From Eledone cirrhosa (lineage: Eukaryota), in the NCBI GenBank assembly GCA_964016885.1, contig OZ024742.1, forward strand, positions 55,862,001 to 55,926,000: 64,000 nt of DNA. Reading direction: 5' to 3'. Shown here piece by piece: positions 1 to 12,899 of the stretch (positions are counted from its first letter, which is position 1; the number at the start of each line of letters is the position of its first letter). The position numbers were made by a program, and so were the translations under genes. The notes under the pieces are model-generated. The model searched no databases. It saw nothing but the letters and a program-made list of their open reading frames with translations, and was not told the origin of the DNA.

Positions 1-221
1 CAGACGCAGGGACAGAAACGACCCGAAGCCGCCGGTTACCGGAACAAAGACCTCTTGGATTTTCACCAAAGCCCCTTTTGCCGGGTTGCGGCCCTAATAC
101 TGCTGGGTGCCAGACCAATCCGCCTTAGGTGGTCGTACCAGGAGCCGAAGTTCCCGACGGCATAGCTCTGACACTACCCGTTGCCACCACCCTGCCACGT
201 TGAAGAGAAGTTGGACTTTAG

Positions 222-223
<2 letters not shown>

Positions 224-299
<76 letters not shown>

Positions 300-304
300 A
301 TATA

Positions 305-394
<90 letters not shown>

Positions 395-443
395 ATATAT
401 ATATACATAGTACGTATATACGTATGTATTACATACGTATATA

Positions 444-527
<84 letters not shown>
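224..527. repeat. (TA)n microsatellite, interrupted; representative of dozens of (TA)n, (CA)n and (GA)n tracts in the window
   Basis: Direct dinucleotide runs; these are the source of the many YIYIYI and CVCVCV pseudo-ORFs. Confidence 0.98.
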
Positions 528-528
<1 letters not shown>

Positions 529-644
529 TAAAATAACAGATTAAAGTTTAAGCAAAGAATCGCTGCTTTCACCCTTAACGGGATATTCTGAAACTAACAA
601 AGTCAATCTGTAAACGCAGAAGTGGATATTTCAAAAAATGTTGC

Positions 645-2400
645 AATCGGAGGAAGACAGGAAGACGATAGGATCTCGAGGCTCTCCGCCAATGAGGTTA
701 TCTTCAACCAAGCGGCAGACTACTACAATAGGGCCTTGATAAGCGCCGGCTTTAATCGAGAAATTTCCTAAATCCCGAACGTTAGCTCTAGAAACGACCC
801 GCTCATAAGACAAGCGTTATAGTAAGCCATACCTATAACCGATCACGCAACGACTGCGAAGGAGTCGGATGTAATAGTATAGATAATCCCACTAAGGAAC
901 ACGGCCACAACGTTAATTACACTGGCGATAGCATAGGTAACTTACCACACAATAAAGATCACGGCCCCGGTGATATTGACCACTGTAGCCTACTCGAATT
1001 ATTCCCCTACTATAAAATCAACAAAGCGACGGCCTACTACCAACGCCTTCCAACCAACATCTTCCTGTACATAAACATAGCAGAAGCAAGAAGAGTACAC
1101 CCGAGCATAAAGTGAAAGGAGCACGTAACGGGCTACAGCGCATTAACATGATTAAGAATGGTCACCCTGATGGCACTACCCGCAGCAAACATACAAGGAC
1201 ACATAATCGCCAACGTAACGTCCTATGGTTCCATCCCCCCTACTCCCGGAGTGAGGCCTCCAATATACCCCGGATATTCTTTGAAGCCTTTGAGAAGAAC
1301 TTTCCACCCAACCATAGGTATAGAAAAATCCTTAATAGGAACACTATAAACATATCCTCTACTACCCCTAACCTAGCAGACATCATAGGAAAAACTAATC
1401 ACAGTAAGATCACCAAGACACAGCACCTTGGCACAGACGCACCTACACCTGACAATAACTATATAAGCCTTAGCGACTCCATAGCAGTATCCAATAGTGC
1501 TGGCAACAGCCTCTACAGACGCAACCAGCATAACCGCGAAATGACTGGAGAATATGCAGGACATAACGTGCGGAATAATAATGGTACCACTCCGCGCACA
1601 GTGGGTTATAATGGTGCTAACGTCAGGTGTGGGAGCGTAGGTAACAACGTAGATAGCAATAATGATAGCCTTACCGTTGGAATTAGAAGGGACCGCGACC
1701 GAAATTGCAACTGTCGCGACAGGAGACGCTGCCCCCTTAGAGGATACTGCTTGACTGATAGGGTTATATATAGGTGCACTGTAACTAGCCACAATAGCGT
1801 TAAAGATGATATAGGGGTTACCTCTGGCCCGTTCAAAATTAAATTTCGAACACATCTCCACTCTTTCACAAAAAAGAAATTAAGATACTCCACTTCGCTC
1901 GCGGAATACATCACATCATTAAAAGACTTAAACATCAGCTTCTCCACTCACTGGGAAATTGTCGGCAGGGCTGCACCGTACAACTTCAAGAGGAAGTGCG
2001 ATCTTTGCCTCATGGAACTCTACCACATCGTAACGGCACCCCACGAGCTCATCAAAAGCAGAGCTGAAACGATGATAAGCTGTACACATCGCTTAAAAAT
2101 ATCCTTCTTCAGATGGGATAAGTACGAGAAGTGAAACCGTATACCGAGCCTCCCTGCCACAAACTTTAACACTCCGGCGAGCACTGCAAAAAACACCCGG
2201 AAACTAACCATGCATCCCAGACCCGGCTTCAATTGACCCAGGCGACCAGGTACAGAAAACAAATGTCTCAAAACAAACGTTGCATATCTGACCCTGTGCG
2301 TATCGACAATTGTAAGGTTGTAACCACATCTTGTAACGGATAAAAAATTTGTATTTAACGTATTAGTGTGCGTTCTGCTTTCCTATTTGTTCAGTATCTA
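645..2400 (+). mobile_element. 5'-truncated Penelope-like element, Hydra-clade-like (RT thumb plus GIY-YIG)
   Basis: From 670 the sequence reads RISRLSANEVIFNQAADYYNRALISAGF, matching RISRSSSNLEIFNEHADYYNAALRRAG in the 53-55 kb element. After a stop and frame change it continues into ORF 1112-2134. Confidence 0.85.
1112..2134 (+). pseudogene. PLE C-terminal region: thumb end plus GIY-YIG endonuclease
   Basis: WFHPPYS..NFPPNHRYRKILNRNTI; CNCRDRRRCPLRGYCL; VIYRCTV..DIGVT..FK; CDLCLME..SCTHR. Confidence 0.85.
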
Positions 2401-2605
2401 TAGAGTTAATAGTGATAAACGAGTTCGCACGTGTGAAGTCAGTGGCGATTAAAATCTTTGAAAAAAAAAATAGAAGCTTTGATCGCTGATTATAGAAAAT
2501 TGTCTAATATTTAGGCATATGAACTCCCATAAGAGAGAAAAGTTAGCATGCGTTTCATCCGGGTGTTCCTTAATGTCCACTTTTTTCCATTATGTGGGTT
2601 CATAA

Positions 2606-2940
<335 letters not shown>

Positions 2941-3109
2941 ATGGATCAAATGATTTCTTTTAAAAACTACTTTGTCATATTTTCAGCTGCTAGTTTTATT
3001 CAAATATCGGGTTTGCAAATGAAAGTGACTCATTTTTGCAAAAATACATATATAGCTAAACAAGTATATAAATAAATAAGTATAATATTGAACAGGGCCT
3101 TGACTTATA

Positions 3110-3510
3110 AACGTCCGCTATTCTGAGTTTAAATCCCACTGCGATTAGGTTTGCATTTCATCCCTACGCGGTTGATAAAATAAAGCACTCGTAACACACT
3201 GGGTCGATTTAATCAACTTTTCCTTTCCCTACAAATTGCTGGCCTTGTATCCAATGTAGAAACAATTATCACTACACGGGATTGGTAGAGTCTCTTGTGC
3301 GTCGGATAAATGCTAGCAGTATTGCTTGTGGCTCCCTGTTTACTATGTTCAAATGACGCCGTAATCAACTTTGGATTTTGTTCTTTCGTGGATCGACGAA
3401 ATAAAGTATCAGGTTAACTTTGCCTTTCATCCTTACGGGGTCGATAAAATAAAGTACCAGTAATGTACTGGGTTATTGCTGGCCTTGTGCCAAAAGTAGA
3501 AACAATTAAT
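3110..3510 (+). mobile_element. Cluster of 2-3 tRNA-derived Nin/Deu-domain SINE copies
   Basis: gcctttcatccttacggggtcgataaaataaagtaccag core, B-box-like gagtttaaatccc, and 3' end ttgctggccttgtgccaaaagtagaaacaatta; the same family recurs elsewhere in the window. Confidence 0.85.
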
Positions 3511-3639
3511 TATATTTTTTAGTCAGTCAGTAAGATTTATAGAGGAAATTTGAATGTATCATGTATATTTAGATGATTTGGCTATTATTCCTAGAAAGGC
3601 TAAACAACTAGTGGATGCACTTTGGTATACTAAAGTCTT

Positions 3640-3965
3640 CGAAGGTTGATGGCAGCACCTAATGTTATATATACATTTGAAGAGAAGGCGATTGAGGTGA
3701 AGGTTGAATTAGAAGAGGGATTGGTGAGAAGGGGTGGCAAGTGCAGGAGAGCTGGAGGTAGGCCTAGGGCGATCTCGGTCGTGAGAACGGATTTGGGTGA
3801 GAGTAGATCGGATAGTCGCCCGCATCAGCTGGCGAGAACAGTGGGTAAGGATGGGCTCCGTGGTGGGAGTGGAGTAAGAAGTGGGGTGGAACTTGAGACG
3901 AACACTTCGGGGAATGAGGTGGTGATGGTGGTGGAGACAACCACTTAAAATGGCCTGAAACATAT
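3640..3965 (-). pseudogene. Possible N-terminal fragment of a PLE ORF
   Basis: ORF 3709-3963 LSGCLHHHHHLIPRSVRLKFHP..CSRQLMRATI resembles the 'FLxxCxxxxLIPKG' N-terminal motif of PLE ORFs; judged by eye only. Confidence 0.45.
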
Positions 3966-5349
3966 ACTCTTACAGAGGATACAGACCAGCAAAATACGCA
4001 CACACACAACCCCTAGATTCTTTTGTCTCTGTTATGGTCAGAAACATGTACTTTTACAGATGATACAGCCCAACAAAATAGGCACATTCATTTCTACGTT
4101 TCCCTTCAGAGCTCTGTATACAAACACACACACACACACACACTCCCATGTAATAACATACTTTTGCTCACAGCTTCGTACTTACAAGCACACACACAGA
4201 CGTTTTTACTTACACATTCACACACGTCCTCTTCGCTCCGTACGGACGTACACTCGTGCACACGTATAGCTCTATATACAAAACGGTTATTTTCCATTTC
4301 AGGTAGACGTGCTCCATCATCAACTTTTCTAAAGACCTATATCATACACAAAACGCCAGCATCAACAGTTTTCCAAGAGATGGCAACATGAATGGAGCTG
4401 CTATTTTTCTCTAAAAACATTTTTTCCGATTCCGGCTTGCCCGTCCCTTCAATCTTTCTTATTTACCATTCTTTCATCTGGTGAACGACTAGTGTCCGAA
4501 ACTTTAAGACCCTCTTCCTGCTATTTCAAGCCTTAAGCTAATATATTCCTTCCATATACTGTGACAACATATAAGAAAGTGGGGAGTGCGGGACTGTGTC
4601 CTGTATATATATATTATCCTGTTAGTAAAATAAGTTGGATTACTATGAATAAAAAATGAATGGATATTATATAATTTATGTACTAAGTTTAGTAACTTTT
4701 GATTAAATATAAATCATTTTATTGCTTCTTTCAAGATTCGCTCCTTTTAAAAGTTTCAAATTTCAACACTTCCCGTATGTCACCACCACCTGCACCACAT
4801 CAACTACTATATATATAGACAGAGCGCGAAAGAAAGAGAGAGTGTGTGATGAGAGAGATACAGATAGATAGAGTGACTATGTGACAGATATTTATATATA
4901 TATAGAGAGAGAAAGATAAAGATGAAGAGATTAGGGTTTTTTCAAAACGATGGCGCGTATGTATGTGCATACACATACATTTATTTGTATGAGTATATAA
5001 CTATAATTGCGCAAACACAGACACAAAAAAACACACTCCCGGACATACATCCACACAAATACACATACTTTCACAGAATAACATACATACATTCACAAAA
5101 ACAAACACATACATTTTCACAAACATACATATACAGTCAAACGAAGTTTATCTCCATTTTTAAAAACTCATTTGTTGTTATATGTTTATTCACAGCTGTA
5201 TAAAAAATATAATATATTTACAGAACGAAAGCACAAACGGATATAATATATATAAAGGGAAAGGGAAGGAAAAAAGAAAAAGAAAAACATAAAACTACCA
5301 GAGCAAAAGATAATAGTATAGTGAGAAGCAATGGGAAACCTCTCTAATA

Positions 5350-5735
5350 AGTTTTGAGGCAAGCCAGCAACGCTCGCAGAGATACCTCACGAGTATCACC
5401 AGTTACCTCCGTTAGGTGAGCCGCCTGTGAAGATAAGAACCTCACTGTAAGAAACCCGAGTCCCCCAAAAGTCTCAGACGCCACAGGAAAATGTAGTTAG
5501 CCGACAGATCATGGTATTTTAGGATTTTGCTCCCTGCGGATGATGTAGCTCACGCCCTAACCACTGCATCCAGGGTGTGGGAAAAAGCAAAAGAGTCACT
5601 AACTGTGACGTCCTAGACCAAGCATATGCCTCTTGACCAGGAGCACAGAGTAAGACTGCCAGGTATTTTTCCCATCAATTCTGGACAACCAAGGCGGTTC
5701 TAATATTGAAGGGATTTTTGCCCAGGCGAAAGCTC
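5350..5735 (-). mobile_element. CRE-clade non-LTR retrotransposon, restriction-like endonuclease remnant
   Basis: Minus-strand pieces read IPSILEPPWLSRIDGK..LTLCSWSRG.CLV*DVTVSDSFA..KILKYHDLSANYIF/PVASETFGGLG..TGDTRE. Confidence 0.75.
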
Positions 5736-5939
5736 TTAAGTGGTAATAGGACAGTGGGTGTATGTGCGCGCGAGTGTATTTGTCGGTGTTCTTAAATTAG
5801 AGACGTGTGTGTGTATCACTTTAAGTTAGAGACATATATATATGTGTATCCCTTTCTTTCTTTTTACACATACATACATTCACAGAAACAAACAAAGACA
5901 CACATTGTATGACGGATAGATCGACAGAAGTCCATCAAA

Positions 5940-6590
5940 TTGACATACATCTGAATGGAGTTCCACTGAAACAGGTAGAGAAGTTCAAGTATCTTGGGGC
6001 CGATGTTCATTAGTGATCGAAGACAGGTGGCTAAATTAAGTGCAATAATTGCAAAAGTTGATGCAGTAATGCGTCAGCTTCAGCATTCATTAACCAGAAG
6101 AAGGAGATAGGTGTAAAAGCCAAACTCGCTGTCTTCCTGGCATTCCTGCCAACTCTTACCGAAGGTTATGAATATTGGGTAATGACCGAAAGAATACAAT
6201 GGCATATACAAGCGGCCGAAATGGGGTTCCTCCGAAGGGTCTTTGGAGTAACTTTAGTCCATAAAGTGCATAGCTCGGAGATCAGAATCACTCTTGATAG
6301 AGACGCTACTTCTTCGAATTCAGAGATCACAACTCCGATATTATGAGCATGTAGTTAGAATGACTCAGTAAAGAATCGCTGATCAGGTTTTCCAGGCAAA
6401 GTTAACGGGCAAGAAACCAAGCGGTAGACCCTGAACAAGATAGTTGGATAACATCCATGAGCTTGGCTGCTCACACTTTGGGATCCAGCTGGATCAGTTA
6501 GAGATGTTTGCTTCTGACAGACTCGCTGGAAGGAGTGTTTCAGAAGGACCATGCCCTCGCGACACTCTCAGAAATAAGTGGGCGAAGAAA
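5940..6590 (+). mobile_element. RTE-clade LINE 3' fragment (degenerate RT C-terminus)
   Basis: LNGVPLKQVEKFKYLG..GYEYWVMTERI..IQAAEMGFLRRV..RGRP, with stops and frameshifts. Confidence 0.8.
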
Positions 6591-6715
6591 AAGATATTGT
6601 CAATTTACTTTTCAATTTACAAATTATATATATATATGCGTATAATACCAATATGAACACTATATATGCCAGCAGAGAACCACACGGGGGGAGGCTCTTC
6701 TGATAGTATATATTA

Positions 6716-7001
6716 TTAGTTACAACAGTGACATATACAGGTACTCAAATTTGGTTGGTTTATACACCCCAACTCATTCAGCCTGTTATATAAACAGAAA
6801 ATGGCTACCTCCATAGATTGTTTTGACGTTGTAAGAAAATACGCGAGAGTCCTACGCCCTTGAGGTACTCACGGGTAGTTTCTAAAAACTTCAAATCAAC
6901 ATGCGGTCGTAGCCATTTTCTTTTTATATAACAAGCTGAGTGAGTTGGGTTTTATAACACAAAGAAACGTAAGTACCTGTATATGTTACTGATGTAACTA
7001 A
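6716..7001. repeat. Inverted repeat (~90-bp arms) of a PLE-type terminal sequence
   Basis: 6716-6808 is the diverged reverse complement of 6909-7001. Confidence 0.75.
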
Positions 7002-7293
7002 TTATACTTCACTCGTCCTATCAACTGAGTGTTTCTACCCTTGGATATTTCTACCAAATTGTTTCTACAGTACTATATAAGTGATATATGCTATCTGATG
7101 TTTTAAATCATTTGTATTGATATTGTATTAATCGTTTTGGATTTTAATTAAACTCTGATGGTTCCTATAGTTTATAGCAAATTAATAGCAAATTGTTAAA
7201 TGAAAAAACTTGCTGTCTGTGGTATATTCCTTTCAGAAGAAAGAATTGTTATTGATTAAGTGTCTTGAATTTTAAATTTTGGTTTATAAGCAC

Positions 7294-7334
<41 letters not shown>

Positions 7335-7337
<3 letters not shown>

Positions 7338-8580
7338 AAAGAATAGAGGTGTAACACACGAGTTGTCATATATTAGTAAAAGGAAAAGAAAATGCTGACA
7401 ATTTGTTCCCAGTGAAAAATAGTTTAATTAGGAATAAGTAAAAATTAGTAATAAGTATTGGTTAGTATTCAGTTTTAGTTTTAAGTTTTTACCGGTTGCG
7501 CATTTCGAATGCTTTTCAAAAATAATTTTAAGAGAGAGCGCCCGTGATGTTTGCTCTAATCTGATCAGTTTTGGAAATTCTACCTGTTTTATGTGAAAAA
7601 AGTGGCTCGAGAGGTATTAAGATTTCGTTGGTTGTTGAATGTTACGTGAATGAGTACTATAAGTTTCGCGCCAATTCGTGTTGCAAAAATTCTTGTAGTC
7701 AAAACAATTTTGATTGGTCGGTAGAGGTCACGTGAATGTTAAAAATTGATTTTGCCCCAAATGTAGGTTTGTCGAAGAGTGTCCTTTTTCGCCTGATTGA
7801 GAAGTCACTGAAAAATAAGTCTTTTAAGACAAATATATGTGTGTGTGTGTGTGTGTAGTAAAGAGGTTCATTGTTGTGATAATGGTCAGTAGGGATGTGC
7901 GAGTGAATTGCAGTCATGTTGAAAGGTCAACAGTTCAGGTGTCTATTAAGACAAATATGTGTGTGTGTGTGTGTAGCAGAGTGATTCGTGGTAGAGGGAT
8001 TCGGTCAGTAGGAATGTGTCTGTACGTGTGTGGGAGATATTTTAACATGTTGAAAGATATTTTTCAGCTCTTGTCTTATACGGAGAAGTGTGTGTGTATA
8101 TGTCTGTTTGTATGTTAGTGTACGCGTGTGTATGTGTGTGTGTATATGTGTGTGTGTGGGGGGGGGGCAGTATTTTTGTGATACTGGTAAAAATGGTGTA
8201 CATTATTCGATATTTTCACAAATTTGCAAAAACAATTCACTCAAAAGAACATCAAAAACATTAATAATAAAAGGAGTGAAATGATATATAGTATTGTCAA
8301 AACACCAAGGTGTGTGTGAGTGTCTAGATTGTACGTACTGCAAGGGGAATCCGTTAGGCCCTGCCGTATGAGAATTTCCAAAACTGATCAGATTAGAGCA
8401 AACATCACGGGCGCTCTATCTCAAAATTATTTTTGAAAAGCATTAGAAATGCGCAACCGGTAAAAACTTAAAACTAAAACTGAATACTAACCATTACTTA
8501 TTACTAATTTTTACTCATTCCTAATTAAACTATTTTTCACTGGGAACAATTTGTCAGTATTTTCTTTTCCTTTTACTAAT
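7335..8580 (-). mobile_element. Neptune-like PLE 3' end/pseudo-LTR with inverted partial copy (8375-8580), flanked by (TA)n
   Basis: Homologous to 56125-57100 and 59395-60430; 8375-8580 is the reverse complement of ~7370-7577. Confidence 0.85.
8430..8466 (+). ncRNA. Degenerate minimal hammerhead-like motif of the Neptune-like family (also at 7486-7522 minus, and at 56.3 and 59.2 kb)
   Basis: tttt-TGAAAA-GCATT aga AATGC-GCAA-CCGG-TA-aaaa: the stem II hairpin and palindromic stem III are kept, but the core deviates from CUGANGA/GAAA. Confidence 0.4.
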
Positions 8581-8599
8581 ATATATATATATATATATC

Positions 8600-9035
8600 T
8601 AAGGCGGGTAAAATTCCCGAGATCCATGGACGAGTTCTCTCCAGCGGTCTCTGTCCCTCATTATCGCTGCCATGTCCTGCGTCTCCAACAGACCAGTGTC
8701 TGTCCTTAGGGCATCCACATACGTTAACTTGTTGAGTCTATGCTGCTGTATGGGTCTGAGACTTGGACACTGACCAAGAAAGTCACTCAGATGGTGGATG
8801 GGTGCTACACGAGAATGTTGAGGATGGCTCTGAACATTAATCAGTATACACTGAGGATGAAAAACTCAGAGCTGTATGGGAGCATCCCAAAAGTCAGCTC
8901 AAAAGTGACACAGAGGAGACTGAAGTTAGCTGGACATGCTCACCGATTTCCAGAGTTGACATTGCACTCAGTGCTCCTTTGGGAGCCCCTACATGGACAC
9001 ACTAGAAGAGGAAGACCAAGATTAACGTATGTTGA
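8600..9035 (-). mobile_element. RTE-clade LINE 3' end with a 5' inversion
   Basis: 8730-9035 (+) encodes LLYGSETWTLTK..RRLKLAGH..LWEP.HG..RRGRPRLTYVD. 8600-8726 (-) continues LTYVDALRTDTGL..MRDRDRWRELV to a stop. (TA)n on both sides. Confidence 0.85.
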
Positions 9036-9093
9036 TATATATATATATATATATATAAAGAAGAAATTAAAAGATGGTTAAAAGAGTTCCATA

Positions 9094-9163
9094 TATTTTA
9101 TTATGCACATTTCGAATACAAATTCATCCTAAGACATAAATTGTGTTCTCATCAGATAAAATA
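9094..9163 (-). ncRNA. Type I hammerhead ribozyme
   Basis: UAUUUUAU-CUGAUGA-GAACACAA..UUGUAUUC-GAAA-UGUGCA-UA|AUAAAAUA: 8-bp stem I and intact core. Confidence 0.75.
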
Positions 9164-9696
9164 AGGTAACATGATATGAGGCCTAATAGCAATTGTTTAC
9201 AGGAAGGTGCTAAGTCTACATATGACAGAAATATAAGTGTTAAAACTATAGTAAGAAATAGATAGGAAAATAGAAGAAAACGAAAGAAGAGGAGAAAAAG
9301 GAAAAAGAAAGGAAAAAGGAAGAAAAAAGGAAGAGAGAGAGAGAGGGGAGGGAGATAGGGGGGAGGAAGAGGGAGAGAGAGAGAGACTTTTGATCAGGAA
9401 CGCTGTCAAAATGAAAACTGCTGTAAATAACGGTTAAAAAGTAAATAAGTGCGAATATTATAGACGGTATTCAAAATATAGAAACTGGGTATATTTTATA
9501 TTGGGTTTAAATACTAACAATTGGATTCAGAAGTGTAAAAATGTATTAATAAAATAAAATAAAATAAAATAAATATAAATTTTATATTTATTTTATACTG
9601 AACAATATTTTTATAAAATGTTATATTTATTTTATTTTATTAATACATTTTTACACTTCTTAATCCAATTTTTATTATTTAAACCCAATATAAAAT

Positions 9697-9845
9697 AATT
9701 GTTTCTACTTTTGACACAAGGCCAGCAAATACTCAGTACATTACTGGTACTTTATTTTATCGACCCCGTAAGGATGAAAGGCAAAGTTAACCTCGGCGGG
9801 ATTAGAACTCAGATCATAAAGGGACGTAACTCTATGCTTCAAATC
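9697..9845 (-). mobile_element. Nin-domain SINE
   Basis: ctggtactttattttatcgaccccgtaaggatgaaaggcaaagttaacctcggcgggattagaactcag. Confidence 0.9.
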
Positions 9846-10031
9846 ATTTGAATACCGTCTATAATATTCTATCATTTGAATACCGTCTATAATATTCGCA
9901 CATATTTACTTTTTAACTGTTATTTACAGCTGTTTTCATTTTGACAGCGTTCCTGATCAAAAGTCTCCCCCCCCCCTCTCTCTTTCTCTCTATCTCTCTC
10001 TCTTTCTCTCTCTAAGTTTCTCTCTCTATCT

Positions 10032-10096
<65 letters not shown>

Positions 10097-10291
10097 TTTT
10101 GTCTTCCTTTTTCCTTTCTTTTTCTTCTCTTTCTTTTTCCTTTTTCTCCCGTTTTTTCTTTTTCTTCTATTTTCCTATCTATTTCTTACTATAGTTTTAA
10201 CTCTTATAGTTTTAACTCTTATATTTCTGTCATATGTAGACTTAGCATTTTTCTGTAAACAAGAGCTATTATGCCTCATATCATGTTACCT

Positions 10292-10361
10292 TATTTTATC
10301 TGATGAGAACACAATTTTTGTCTCAGGATGATTTTGTATTCGAAATGCGCAAAATAAAATA
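10292..10361 (+). ncRNA. Hammerhead copy with mutated cleavage triplet
   Basis: Same as 9094-9163 but reads GAAA-UGCGCA-AA, so the U of the cleavage triplet is lost. Confidence 0.55.
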
Positions 10362-10666
10362 TATGGAACTCTTTTAACCATCTTTTAATTTCTTCTTTAT
10401 TATATATATACGCCAATTCTACCAACTGTTGAGTGTAACTTATCTGATATATGCATAGTTTTATTGTTCTACGATATTACTCACCTTCTACACACACATA
10501 TATATATAGTGGCAATAATATAGTACAGATATTCAAGGTTTAGACCAAGTCATGTTCGTAGGACGAGTTTTAATAACATTATTAAGGTCAGTTATTCAGT
10601 TATTAAAAAAAGCACCATACATACATATATACATACAAACATACATACATACATGCGTACATACAT

Positions 10667-11113
10667 TTAGAAATCTGCAGATACTCCACCCTGATTATAC
10701 CTTCAGATTTATGCCTGTGATTATTGGGGCACTGGGATATGTTAGTAACTGCCTCAATAGAAATCTTGAGAAGCCGGGCTTCACAGGAACAGAAAGAACA
10801 CAACTAGTTAGAAAATTACAAGTACAATCCATTAATGGAACAGTAAAAAAAATGTAAAACATTCCAAAAATTTTGCATCTAATACTTCATATACACATGT
10901 ATAGATACTAAGCATATACATATGCATACATACAACTCAAAATATCCACATCCACACATACAATAACATCCATATCTACACTTGCATGCAGACATGCATA
11001 CATACCTACCTAGTTGATGTTGTGTAAATTCCAATGAGAGAGTCGTGTGTCTATGTTAGAAACCGACTCTCTCTCTATTGGCAAAAATTTGTGAAATTAT
11101 AAACCTAGAAGAA
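10667..11113 (+). mobile_element. R4/Dong-like non-LTR retrotransposon, short 3' fragment
   Basis: LQILHPDYTFRFMPVIIGALGYV plus a 3' UTR shared with 11750-12185; flanked by (CATA)n. Confidence 0.75.
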
Positions 11114-11139
11114 CATACATACATATATACATACATGAT

Positions 11140-12185
11140 GGCTGCAAACGTGTGTTCCAGCATTGGCATCGCCCGATAAAATGCTCGAAAATGTGAGGCA
11201 CGAATGTGGCTCTTTAAACCAGCCAAAGACTGGTTTAAACAACTGCTATATTGTTTCCCACCACTTTCAATGATACGCTTTTGCTATCCAAGAACAGGAA
11301 ATCAACACAAAATACCTGATACACAAACGAGATATGGATGCAGGCAAAAGACCTCGAAGTGACAACAAGTGCCGACTCTGCATAATTAACATAGAAGATG
11401 TCACACATGTCATAAGCAGCTGTCCAAAGATGTCATCACGCTACTACTTACCTATGAGGTGTGATGTAGTGGCCAAAAAGACTTTACAATGCAATCAGTA
11501 GAAAATATAGCCCCGACGATAAACATTAAAAGCTACAACAATGTGGAAGACATACATATGTACATAATATGAAAGAGTACTTGTGGAATGTTCCAGTCAA
11601 ACGCAAATACAATGCAGGCATAACAGACCAGATATAATGAAACAGCGAAAAGAGGGCATGCATGGTAGTGGGAGTTAGCTGCCCAACAGAGGCCAATATA
11701 GTCTTAAAGATTATTGAAAAGGCCAATACCTATGCAGAACTAATGAGAAATATACAAATACTCCACCCTGACTATACCTTCTGATTTATGTCTGTAATTA
11801 TTAGGGCACTGTGATATGTTAGTAACTGCCTCAGTACAAATCTTAAGAAGCTGGGCTTCACAGAAACAGAAGGAACATGGCTAGTTAGAAAATTACAAGT
11901 ACAATCTATTAATTGAACTGTAAAACATGTAAAACATTCCAAAAATTCTGCATTTAGTAACTGCATATACACGTGTACAGATACAAAGCATATGCACATA
12001 TATACATGTAACTCAAAACGTCCACATCCACACATACAATAACATCCATACTCTGCACACACATTCATGCAAGCAGACAGACCTAGTTGATGTTATGTAA
12101 ATTACAATGAGAGAGTCGTGTATCTATGTTAGAAACCGACTCTCCCTATATTGGCAAAGATTTGTGAAATTATAAAACCAGAACA
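11140..12185 (+). mobile_element. R4/Dong-like non-LTR retrotransposon 3' part (CCHC plus restriction-like endonuclease)
   Basis: FAIQEQEINTKY..KCRLCIINIEDVTHVISSCPKM..YLPMR, HNRPDI, VGVSCP, ending in (CATA)n. Confidence 0.8.
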
Positions 12186-12334
12186 TCATACATACATTGG
12201 CTTAACGCTTTAGATAGTAGAAAATGTGTCTTTACATTGCAAACGTTAGATCTTCATTGGAAGATAAAATGAAAGATTGACGAGAGTAATAAACGCGAGA
12301 AGTTGACAAAGATTAGTGTGTTTGTGGGTTTAAT

Positions 12335-12439
<105 letters not shown>

Positions 12440-12620
12440 CTGTCTGTGTGTGTCTGTGTGTGTCTGTCTGTGTGTTCAATCGGATTCAATCGGGGGTAAC
12501 CACAGTAAGTAAGGTACACAATACATAGCAGAGTATATTTAATATAGAGATGGCTTCTACAGGACTAGAACTGTTGATTTCCTTCGAATGAAACAGTTCT
12601 CGTCCGGTATGAACCATTTG

Positions 12621-12665
<45 letters not shown>

Positions 12666-12899
12666 ATTTTGAAAACCAAGCAATGAATTAGAAAGAAAAC
12701 TCAATTGGTAAGATAACAAAATAATATTACCTTAAATTTGCTAAGGTATGATTCTTTTGTTAACTTAGCGATTCAACTTTATTTCTAATGCAATATTTCA
12801 TTTTCAAAATTATTCAAATTTCTGTTTCATATTCAACAATGCTTCAGACATACTACAAGTTTCTGATGTTTATATATAATTATATATATATATATTTTT

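Larger units (their letters stand above)
9053..10405. repeat. ~1.35-kb foldback of a PLE-type terminal repeat with an outward-facing hammerhead in each arm
   Basis: 9053-9560 is the reverse complement of 9620-10405, apart from a SINE inserted in the right arm. Confidence 0.9.

Noticed and set aside
94-544. ORFs of YIYIYI, CVCVCV, THTHTH, ERERER or poly-K/R/F here and throughout the window
   Set aside because: They are translations of microsatellites.
4471-4512. Hammerhead-like CTGGTGA..CCGAAAC (similar weak cases at 7155, 41942, 47571 and 48092)
   Set aside because: The core or cleavage site is mutated or the 3' half is missing, and no convincing stem I is present.
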